A DNA stretch of 64,000 nucleotides from contig CAXKVF010000077.1 in NCBI GenBank assembly GCA_964057225.1, positions 496,001 through 560,000 on the forward strand, read 5' to 3'. The position numbers and the translations under genes were made by a program. Positions within the stretch are counted from its first letter, which is position 1, and each line of letters opens with the position of its first letter. Positions 1 through 11,968 of this stretch are shown piece after piece. The notes beneath the pieces were generated by a model. It saw nothing but the letters and a program-made list of their open reading frames with translations, did no database searches and was not told the origin of the DNA. The DNA comes from Auanema rhodensis. Taxonomy: Eukaryota > Animalia > Nematoda.

Positions 1-176
1 ATCTAATTTTGAAAACCGCATCTCTTTATCTTTCACGTGAAGCGAGTTACATACCAAGTGCACATCACGTATACATTTAATTAGCATAAATTAAAGTTCA
101 CGTAAATTTCAAAGTCATGGTTACCATGAACCAATATCAATAAAAATTTGTTTTTAGACTAATATGGACATGGGGA
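1..176 (+). repeat. Representative satellite monomer (carries the private variant G71A)
   Basis: First full unit. The consensus has 56/176 G+C and 5 CpG. It contains TTCACGTGAA, GTGCAC, CACGTG, TGTACA, CATGGT-T-ACCATG and TAAAAA-TTTG-TTTTTA dyads; this copy lacks the 66-71 CACGTG and 70-75 TGTACA because of G71A. Confidence 0.97.
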
Positions 177-3100
177 ATCTAATTTTGAAAACCGCATCTC
201 TTTATCTTTCACGTGAAGCGAGTTACATACCAAGTGCACATCACGTGTACATTTAATTAGCATAAATTAAAGTTCACGTAAATTTCAAAGTCATGGTTAC
301 CATGCACCAATATCAATAAAAATTTGTTTTTAGACTAATATGGACATGGGGAATCTAATTTTGAAAACCGCATCTCTTTATCTTTCACGTGAAGCGAGTT
401 ACATACCAAGTGCACATCACGTGTACATTTAATTAGCATAAATTAAAGTTCACGTAAATTTCAAAGTCATGGTTACCATGCACCAATATCAATAAAAATT
501 TGTTTTTAGACTAATATGGACATGGGGAATCTAATTTTGAAAACCGCATCTCTTCATCTTTCACGTGAAGCGAGTTACATACCAAGTGCACATCACGTGT
601 ACATTTAATTAGCATAAATTAAAGTTCACGTAAATTTCAAAGTCATGGTTACCATGCACCAATATCAATAAAAATTTGTTTTTAGACTAATATGGACATG
701 GGGAATCTAATTTTGAAAACCGCATCTCTTTATCTTTCACGTGAAGCGAGTTACATACCAAGTGCACAGCACGTGTACATTTAATTAGCATAAATTAAAG
801 TTCACGTAAATTTCAAAGTCATGGTTACCATGAACCAATATCAATAAAAATTTGTTTTTAGACTAATATGGACATGGAGAATCTAATTTTGAAAACCGCA
901 TCTCTTTATCTTTCACGTGAAGCGAGTTACATACCAAGTGCACATCACGTGTACATTTAATTAGCATAAATTAAAGTTCACGTAAATTTCAAAGTCATGG
1001 TTACCATGAACCAATATCAATAAAAATTTGTTTTTAGACTAATATGGACATGGGGAATCTAATTTTGAAAACCGCATCTCTTCATCTTTCACGTGAAGCG
1101 AGTTACATACCAAGTGCACATCACGTGTACATTTAATTAGCATAAATTAAAGTTCACGTAAATTTCAAAGTCTTGGTTACCATGCACCAATATCAATAAA
1201 AATTTGTTTTTAGACTAATATGGACATGGGGAATCTAATTTTGAAAACCGCATCTCTTTATCTTTCACGTGAAGCGAGTTACATACCAAGTGCACATCAC
1301 GTGTACATTTAATTAGCATAAATTAAAGTTCACGTAAATTTCAAAGTCATGGTTACCATGAACCAATATCAATAAAAATTTGTTTTTAGACTAATATGGA
1401 CATGGGGAATCTAATTTTGAAAACCGCATTTCTTTATCTTTCACGTGAAGCGAGTTACATACCAAGTGCACATCACGTGTACATTTAATTAGCATAAATT
1501 AAAGTTCACGTAAATTTCAAAGTCATGGTTACCATGAACCAATATCAATAAAAATTTGTTTTTAGACTAATATGGACATGGGGAATCTAATTTTGAAAAC
1601 CGCATCTCTTCATCTTTCACGTGAAGCGAGTTACATACCAAGTGCACATCACGTGTACATTTAATTAGCATAAATTAAAGTTCACGTAAATTTCAAAGTC
1701 ATGGTTACCATGCACCAATATCAATAAAAATTTGTTTTTAGACTAATATGGACATGGGGAATCTAATTTTGAAAACCGCATCTCTTTATCTTTCACGTGA
1801 AGCGAGTTACATACCAAGTGCACATCACGTGTACATTTAATTAGCATAAATTAAAGTTCACGTAAATTTCAAAGTCATGGTTACCATGCACCAATATCAA
1901 TAAAAATTTGTTTTTAGACTAATATGGACATGGGGAATCTAATTTTGAAAACCGCATCTCTTTATCTTTCACGTGAAGCGAGTTACATACCAAGTGCACA
2001 TCACGTGTACATTTAATTAGCATAAATTAAAGTTCACGTAAATTTCAAAGTCATGGTTACCATGCACCAATATCAATAAAAATTTGTTTTTAGACTAATA
2101 TGGACATGGGGAATCTAATTTTGAAAACCGCATCTCTTTATCTTTCACGTGAAGCGAGTTACATACCAAGTGCACATCACGTGTACATTTAATTAGCATA
2201 AATTAAAGTTCACGTAAATTTCAAAGTCATGGTTACCATGCACCAATATCAATAAAAATTTGTTTTTAGACTAATATGGACATGGGGAATCTAATTTTGA
2301 AAACCGCATCTCTTTATCTTTCACGTGAAGCGAGTTACATACCAAGTGCACATCACGTGTACATTTAATTAGCATAAATTAAAGTTCACGTAAATTTCAA
2401 AGTCATGGTTACCATGAACCAATATCAATAAAAATTTGTTTTTAGACTAATATGGACATGGAGAATCTAATTTTGAAAACCGCATCTCTTTATCTTTCAC
2501 GTGAAGCGAGTTACATACCAAGTGCACATCACGTGTACATTTAATTAGCATAAATTAAAGTTCACGTAAATTTCAAAGTCATGGTTACCATGAACCAATA
2601 TCAATAAAAATTCGTTTTTAGACTAATATGGACATGGGGAATCTAATTCTGAAAACCGCATCTCTTCATCTTTCACGTGAAGCGAGTTACATACCAAGTG
2701 CACATCACGTGTACATTTAATTAGCATAAATTAAAGTTCACGTAAATTTCAAAGTCATGGTTACCATGCACCAATATCAATAAAAATTTGTTTTTAGACT
2801 AATATGGACATGGGGAATCTAATTTTGAAAACCGCATCTCTTTATCTTTCACGTGAAGCGAGTTACATACCAAGTGCACATCACGTGTACATTTAATTAG
2901 CATAAATTAAAGTTCACGTAAATTTCAAAGTCATGGTTACCATGAACCAATATCAATAAAAATTTGTTTTTAGACTAATATGGACATGGGGAATCTAATT
3001 TTGAAAACCGCATCTCTTTATCTTTCACGTGAAGCGAGTTACATACCAAGTGCACATCACGTGTACATTTAATTAGCATAAATTAAAGTTCACGTAAATT

Positions 3101-5632
3101 TCAAAGTCATGGTTACCATGAACCAATATCAATAAAAATTTGTTTTTAGACTAATATGGACATGGGGAATCTAATTTTGAAAACCGCATCTCTTTATCTT
3201 TCACGTGAAGCGAGTTACATACCAAGTGCACATCACGTGTACATTTAATTAGCATAAATTAAAGTTCACGTAAATTTCAAAGTCATGGTTACCATGCACC
3301 AATATCAATAAAAATTTGTTTTTAGACTAATATGGACATGGGGAATCTAATTTTGAAAACCGCATCTCTTTATCTTTCACGTGAAGCGAGTTACATACCA
3401 AGTGCACAGCACGTGTACATTTAATTAGCATAAATTAAAGTTCACGTAAATTTCAAAGTCATGGTTACCATGCACCAATATCAATAAAAATTTGTTTTTA
3501 GACTAATATGGACATGGGGAATCTAATTTTGAAAACCGCATCTCTTTTTCTTTCACGTGAAGCGAGTTACATACCAAGTGCACATCACGTGTACATTTAA
3601 TTAGCATAAATTAAAGTTCACGTAAATTTCAAAGTCATGGTTACCATGCACCAATATCAATAAAAATTTGTTTTTAGACTAATATGGACATGGGGAATCT
3701 AATTTTGAAAACCGCATCTCTTTATCTTTCACGTGAAGCGAGTTACATACCAAGTGCACATCACGTGTACATTTAATTAGCATAAATTAAAGTTCACGTA
3801 AATTTCAAAGTCATGGTTACCATGCACCAATATCAATAAAAATTTGTTTTTAGACTAATATGGACATGGGGAATCTAATTTTGAAAACCGCATCTCTTTA
3901 TCTTTCACGTGAAGCGAGTTACATACCAAGTGCACATCACGTGTACATTTAATTAGCATAAATTAAAGTTCACGTAAATTTCAAAGTCATGGTTACCATG
4001 CACCAATATCAATAAAAATTTGTTTTTAGACTAATATGGACATGGGGAATCTAATTTTGAAAACCGCATCTCTTTATCTTTCACGTGAAGCGAGTTACAT
4101 ACCAAGTGCACATCACGTGTACATTTAATTAGCATAAATTAAAGTTCACGTAAATTTCAAAGTCATGGTTACCATGCACCAATATCAATAAAAATTTGTT
4201 TTTAGACTAATATGGACATGGGGAATCTAATTTTGAAAACCGCATCTCTTTATCTTTCACGTGAAGCGAGTTACATACCAAGTGCACATCACGTGTACAT
4301 TTAATTAGCATAAATTAAAGTTCACGTAAATTTCAAAGTCATGGTTACCATGCACCAATATCAATAAAAATTTGTTTTTAGACTAATATGGACATGGGGA
4401 ATCTAATTTTGAAAACCGCATCTCTTTATCTTTCACGTGAAGCGAGTTACATACCAAGTGCACATCACGTGTACATTTAATTAGCATAAATTAAAGTTCA
4501 CGTAAATTTCAAAGTCATGGTTACCATGCACCAATATCAATAAAAATTTGTTTTTAGACTAATATGGACATGGGGAATCTAATTTTGAAAACCGCATCTC
4601 TTTATCTTTCACGTGAAGCGAGTTACATACCAAGTGCACATCACGTGTACATTTAATTAGCATAAATTAAAGTTCACGTAAATTTCAAAGTCATGGTTAC
4701 CATGCACCAATATCAATAAAAATTTGTTTTTAGACTAATATGGACATGGGGAATCTAATTTTGAAAACCGCATCTCTTTATCTTTCACGTGAAGCGAGTT
4801 ACATACCAAGTGCACATCACGTGTACATTTAATTAGCATGAATTAAAGTTCACGTAAATTTCAAAGTCATGGTTACCATGCACCAATATCAATAAAAATT
4901 TGTTTTTAGACTAATATGGACATGGGGAATCTAATTTTGAAAACCGCATCTCTTTATCTTTCACGTGAAGCGAGTTACATACCAAGTGCACATCACGTGT
5001 ACATTTAATTAGCATTAATTAAAGTTCACGTAAATTTCAAAGTCATGGTTACCATGCACCAATATCAATAAAAATTTGTTTTTAGACTAATATGGACATG
5101 GGGAATCTAATTTTGAAAACCGCATCTCTTTATCTTTCACGTGAAGCGAGTTACATACCAAGTGCACATCACGTGTACAATTAATTAGCATAAATTAAAG
5201 TTCACGTAAATTTCAAAGTCATGGTTACCATGAAGCAATATCAATAAAAATTTGTTTTTAGACTAATATGGACATGGGGAATCTAATTTTGAAAACCACA
5301 TCTCTTTATCTTTCACGTGAAGCGAGTTACATACCAAGTGCACATCACGTGTACATTTAATTAGCATAAATTAAAGTTCACGTAAATTTCAAAGTCATGG
5401 TTACCATGAACCAATATCGATAAAAATTTGTTTTTAGACTAATATGGACATGGGGAATCTAATTTTGAAAACCGCATCTCTTCATCTTTCACGTGAAGCG
5501 AGTTACATACCAAGTGCACATCACGTGTACATTTAATTAGCATAAATTAAAGTTCACGTAAATTTCAAAGTCATGGTTACCATGCACCAATATCAATAAA
5601 AATTTGTTTTTAGACTAATATGGACATGGGGA

Positions 5633-8600
5633 ATCTAATTTTGAAAACCGCATCTCTTTTTCTTTCACGTGAAGCGAGTTACATACCAAGTGCACATCAC
5701 GTGTACATTTAATTAGCATAAATTAAAGTTCACGTAAATTTCAAAGTCATGGTTACCATGCACCAATATCAATAAAAATTTGTTTTTAGACTAATATGGA
5801 CATGGGGAATCTAATTTTGAAAACCGCATCTCTTTATCTTTCACGTGAAGCGAGTTACATACCAAGTGCACATCACGTGTACAATTAATTAGCATAAATT
5901 AAAGTTCACGTAAATTTCAAAGTCATGGTTACCATGAAGCAATATCAATAAAAATTTGTTTTTAGACTAATATGGACATGGGGAATCTAATTTTGAAAAC
6001 CACATCTCTTTATCTTTCACGTGAAGCGAGTTACATACCAAGTGCACATCACGTGTACATTTAATTAGCATAAATTAAAGTTCACGTAAATTTCAAAGTC
6101 ATGGTTACCATGAAGCAATATCAATAAAAATTTGTTTTTAGACTAATATGGACATGGGGAATCTAATTTTGAAAACCGCATCTCTTTATCTTTCACGTGA
6201 AGCGAGTTACATACCAAGTGCACATCACGTGTACATTTAATTAGCATAAATTAAAGTTCACGTAAATTTCAAAGTCATGGTTACCATGAACTAATATCAA
6301 TAAAAATTTGTTTTTAGACTAATATGGACATGGGGAATCTAATTTTGAAAACCGCATCTCTTTATCTTTCACGTGAAGCGAGTTACATACCAAGTGCACA
6401 TCACGTGTACATTTAATTAGCATAAATTAAAGTTCACGTAAATTTCAAAGTCATGGTTACCATGAACCAATATCAATAAAAATTTGTTTTTAGACTAATA
6501 TGGACATGGGGAATCTAATTTTGAAAACCGCATCTCTTTATCTTTCACGTGAAGCGAGTTACATACCAAGTGCACATCACGTGTACATTTAATTAGCATA
6601 AATTAAAGTTCACGTAAATTTCAAAGTCATGGTTACCATGAACCAATATCAATAAAAATTTGTTTTTAGACTAATATGGACATGGGGAATCTAATTTTGA
6701 AAACCGCATCTCTTTATCTTTCACGTGAAGCGAGTTACATACCAAGTGCACATCACGTGTACATTTAATTAGCATAAATTAAAGTTCACGTAAATTTCAA
6801 AGTCATGGTTACCATGAACCAATATCAATAAAAATTTGTTTTTAGACTAATATGGACATGGGGAATCTAATTTTGAAAACCGCATCTCTTTATCTTTCAC
6901 GTGAAGCGAGTTACATACCAAGTGCACATCACGTGTACATTTAATTAGCATAAATTAAAGTTCACGTAAATTTCAAAGTCATGGTTACCATGCACCAATA
7001 TCAATAAAAATTTGTTTTTAGACTAATATGGACATGGGGAATCTAATTTTGAAAACCGCATCTCTTTTTCTTTCACGTGAAGCGAGTTACATACCAAGTG
7101 CACATCACGTGTACATTTAATTAGCATAAATTAAAGTTCACGTAAATTTCAAAGTCATGGTTACCATGCACCAATATCAATAAAAATTTGTTTTTAGACT
7201 AATATGGACATGGGGAATCTAATTTTGAAAACCGCATCTCTTTTTCTTTCACGTGAAGCGAGTTACATACCAAGTGCACATCACGTGTACATTTAATTAG
7301 CATAAATTAAAGTTCACGTAAATTTCAAAGTCATGGTTACCATGAAGCAATATCAATAAAAATTTGTTTCTAGACTAAGATGGACATGGGGAATCTAATT
7401 TTGAAAACCGCATCTCTTTATCTTTCACGTGAAGCGAGTTACATACCAAGTGCACATCACGTGTACATTTAATTAGCATAAATTAAAGTTCACGTAAATT
7501 TCAAAGTCATGGTTACCATGCACCAATATCAATAAAAATTTGTTTTTAGACTAATATGGACATGGGGAATCTAATTTTGAAAACCGCATCTCTTTATCTT
7601 TCACGTGAAGCGAGTTACATACCAAGTGCACATCACGTGTACATTTAATTAGCATAAATTAAAGTTCACGTAAATTTCAAAGTCATGGTTACCATGAACC
7701 AATATCAATAAAAATTTGTTTTTAGACTAATATGGACATGGAGAATCTAGATTTGAAAACCGCATCTTTTTATCTTTCACGTGAAGCGAGTTACATACCA
7801 AGTGCACATCACGTGTACATTTAATTAGCATAAATTAAAGTTCACGTAAATTTCAAAGTCATGGTTACCATGAACCAATATCAATAAAAATTCGTTTTTA
7901 GACTAATATGGACATGGGGAATCTAATTCTGAAAACCGCATCTCTTCATCTTTCACGTGAAGCGAGTTACATACCAAGTGCACATCACGTGTACATTTAA
8001 TTAGCATAAATTAAAGTTCACGTAAATTTCAAAGTCATGGTTACCATGCACCAATATCAATAAAAATTTGTTTTTAGACTAATATGGACATGGGGAATCT
8101 AATTTTGAAAACCGCATCTCTTTATCTTTCACGTGAAGCGAGTTACATACCAAGTGCACATCACGTGTACATTTAATTAGCATAAATTAAAGTTCACGTA
8201 AATTTCAAAGTCATGGTTACCATGAACCAATATCAATAAAAATTTGTTTTTAGACTAATATGGACATGGGGAATCTAATTTTGAAAACCGCATCTCTTTA
8301 TCTTTCACGTGAAGCGAGTTACATACCAAGTGCACATCACGTGTACATTTAATTAGCATAAATTAAAGTTCACGTAAATTTCAAAGTCATGGTTACCATG
8401 AACTAATATCAATAAAAATTTGTTTTTAGACTAATATGGACATGGGGAATCTAATTTTGAAAACCGCATCTCTTCATCTTTCACGTGAAGCGAGTTACAT
8501 ACCAAGTGCACATCACGTGTACATTTAATTAGCATAAATTAAAGTTCACGTAAATTTCAAAGTCATGGTTACCATGAACCAATATCGATAAAAATTTGTT

Positions 8601-11600
8601 TTTAGACTAATATGGACATGGGGAATCTAATTTTGAAAACCGCATCTCTTCATCTTTCACGTGAAGCGAGTTACATACCAAGTGCACATCACGTGTACAT
8701 TTAATTAGCATAAATTAAAGTTCACGTAAATTTCAAAGTCATGGTTACCATGCACCAATATCAATAAAAATTTGTTTTTAGACTAATATGGACATGGGGA
8801 ATCTAATTTTGAAAACCGCATCTCTTTTTCTTTCACGTGAAGCGAGTTACATACCAAGTGCACATCACGTGTACATTTAATTAGCATAAATTAAAGTTCA
8901 CGTAAATTTCAAAGTCATGGTTACCATGCACCAATATCAATAAAAATTTGTTTTTAGACTAATATGGACATGGGGAATCTAATTTTGAAAACCGCATCTC
9001 TTTATCTTTCACGTGAAGCGAGTTACATACCAAGTGCACATCACGTGTACATTTAATTAGCATAAATTAAAGTTCACGTAAATTTCAAAGTCATGGTTAC
9101 CATGCACCAATATCAATAAAAATTTGTTTTTAGACTAATATGGACATGGGGAATCTAATTTTGAAAACCGCATCTCTTTATCTTTCACGTGAAGCGAGTT
9201 ACATACCAAGTGCACATCACGTGTACATTTAATTAGCATAAATTAAAGTTCACGTAAATTTCAAAGTCATGGTTACCATGCACCAATATCAATAAAAATT
9301 TGTTTTTAGACTAATATGGACATGGGGAATCTAATTTTGAAAACCGCATCTCTTTATCTTTCACGTGAAGCGAGTTACATACCAAGTGCACATCACGTGT
9401 ACATTTAATTAGCATAAATTAAAGTTCACGTAAATTTCAAAGTCATGGTTACCATGCACCAATATCAATAAAAATTTGTTTTTAGACTAATATGGACATG
9501 GGGAATCTAATTTTGAAAACCGCATCTCTTTATCTTTCACGTGAAGCGAGTTACATACCAAGTGCACATCACGTGTACATTTAATTAGCATAAATTAAAG
9601 TTCACGTAAATTTCAAAGTCATGGTTACCATGCACCAATATCAATAAAAATTTGTTTTTAGACTAATATGGACATGGGGAATCTAATTTTGAAAACCGCA
9701 TCTCTTTATCTTTCACGTGAAGCGAGTTACATACCAAGTGCACATCACGTGTACATTTAATTAGCATAAATTAAAGTTCACGTAAATTTCAAAGTCATGG
9801 TTACCATGAACCAATATCAATAAAAATTTGTTTTTAGACTAATATGGACATGGGGAATCTAATTTTGAAAACCGCATCTCTTCATCTTTCACGTGAAGCG
9901 AGTTACATACCAAGTGCACATCACGTGTACAATTAATTAGCATAAATTAAAGTTCACGTAAATTTCAAAGTCATGGTTACCATGAAGCAATATCAATAAA
10001 AATTTGTTTTTAGACTAATATGGACATGGGGAATCTAATTTTGAAAACCACATCTCTTTATCTTTCACGTGAAGCGAGTTACATACCAAGTGCACATCAC
10101 GTGTACATTTAATTAGCATAAATTAAAGTTCACGTAAATTTCAAAGTCATGGTTACCATGCACCAATATCAATAAAAATTTGTTTTTAGACTAATATGGA
10201 CATGGGGAATCTAATTTTGAAAACCGCATCTCTTTTTCTTTCACGTGAAGCGAGTTACATACCAAGTGCACATCACGTGTACATTTAATTAGCATAAATT
10301 AAAGTTCACGTAAATTTCAAAGTCATGGTTACCATGCACCAATATCAATAAAAATTTGTTTTTAGACTAATATGGACATGGGGAATCTAATTTTGAAAAC
10401 CGCATCTCTTTATCTTTCACGTGAAGCGAGTTACATACCAAGTGCACATCACGTGTACAATTAATTAGCATAAATTAAAGTTCACGTAAATTTCAAAGTC
10501 ATGGTTACCATGAAGCAATATCAATAAAAATTTGTTTTTAGACTAATATGGACATGGGGAATCTAATTTTGAAAACCACATCTCTTTATCTTTCACGTGA
10601 AGCGAGTTACATACCAAGTGCACATCACGTGTACATTTAATTAGCATAAATTAAAGTTCACGTAAATTTCAAAGTCATGGTTACCATGAAGCAATATCAA
10701 TAAAAATTTGTTTTTAGAATAATATGGACATGGGGAATCTAATTTTGAAAACCGCATCTCTTTATCTTTCACGTGAAGCGAGTTACATACCAAGTGCACA
10801 TCACGTGTACATTTAATTAGCATAAATTAAAGTTCACGTAAATTTCAAAGTCATGGTTACCATGAACTAATATCAATAAAAATTTGTTTTTAGACTAATA
10901 TGGACATGGGGAATCTAATTTTGAAAACCGCATCTCTTTATCTTTCACGTGAAGCGAGTTACATACCAAGTGCACATCACGTGTACATTTAATTAGCATA
11001 AATTAAAGTTCACGTAAATTTCAAAGTCATGGTTACCATGAACCAATATCAATAAAAATTTGTTTTTAGACTAATATGGACATGGGGAATCTAATTTTGA
11101 AAACCGCATCTCTTTATCTTTCACGTGAAGCGAGTTACATACCAAGTGCACATCACGTGTACATTTAATTAGCATAAATTAAAGTTCACGTAAATTTCAA
11201 AGTCATGGTTACCATGAACCAATATCAATAAAAATTTGTTTTTAGACTAATATGGACATGGGGAATCTAATTTTGAAAACCGCATCTCTTTATCTTTCAC
11301 GTGAAGCGAGTTACATACCAAGTGCACATCACGTGTACATTTAATTAGCATAAATTAAAGTTCACGTAAATTTCAAAGTCATGGTTACCATGAACCAATA
11401 TCAATAAAAATTTGTTTTTAGACTAATATGGACATGGGGAATCTAATTTTGAAAACCGCATCTCTTTATCTTTCACGTGAAGCGAGTTACATACCAAGTG
11501 CACATCACGTGTACATTTAATTAGCATAAATTAAAGTTCACGTAAATTTCAAAGTCATGGTTACCATGCACCAATATCAATAAAAATTTGTTTTTAGACT

Positions 11601-11968
11601 AATATGGACATGGGGAATCTAATTTTGAAAACCGCATCTCTTTTTCTTTCACGTGAAGCGAGTTACATACCAAGTGCACATCACGTGTACATTTAATTAG
11701 CATAAATTAAAGTTCACGTAAATTTCAAAGTCATGGTTACCATGCACCAATATCAATAAAAATTTGTTTTTAGACTAATATGGACATGGGGAATCTAATT
11801 TTGAAAACCGCATCTCTTTATCTTTCACGTGAAGCGAGTTACATACCAAGTGCACATCACGTGTACAATTAATTAGCATAAATTAAAGTTCACGTAAATT
11901 TCAAAGTCATGGTTACCATGAAGCAATATCAATAAAAATTTGTTTCTAGACTAAGATGGACATGGGGA
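5633..11968. repeat. 10-monomer haplotype block present twice (5633-7392 and 10209-11968), offset 26 monomers
   Basis: Both blocks have the same ordered variants: A28T; T76A+C131G; G18A+C131G; C132T; A129 x3; C129; A28T; C131G+T154C+T163G. Confidence 0.8.

Noticed and set aside
139-144. AATAAA polyadenylation-like hexamer in each monomer
   Set aside because: Expected by chance in 68% AT sequence, with no gene context.
166-175. G-run (GGACATGGGG) as a G-quadruplex or telomeric motif
   Set aside because: Only one G4 tract per 176 bp and no telomeric repeat.
1-176. Identity with known satellites (alpha satellite/CENP-B box, CEN178, Brassica CentBr, Apis AluI) or 5S rRNA, tRNA or snRNA tandem genes
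   Set aside because: No CENP-B box (TTCG....A..CGGG), no AAGCTT or AGCT in the consensus, and no recognisable RNA gene or Pol III A/B box. Only the length is similar. A database search is needed to be definitive.
10641-10823. 60-aa minus-strand ORF (MLIKCTRD...)
   Set aside because: It is satellite sequence. A private C159A change at 10719 turns the usual TAG into TAT. There is no domain similarity I recognise, and the 176-bp period is not a multiple of 3.
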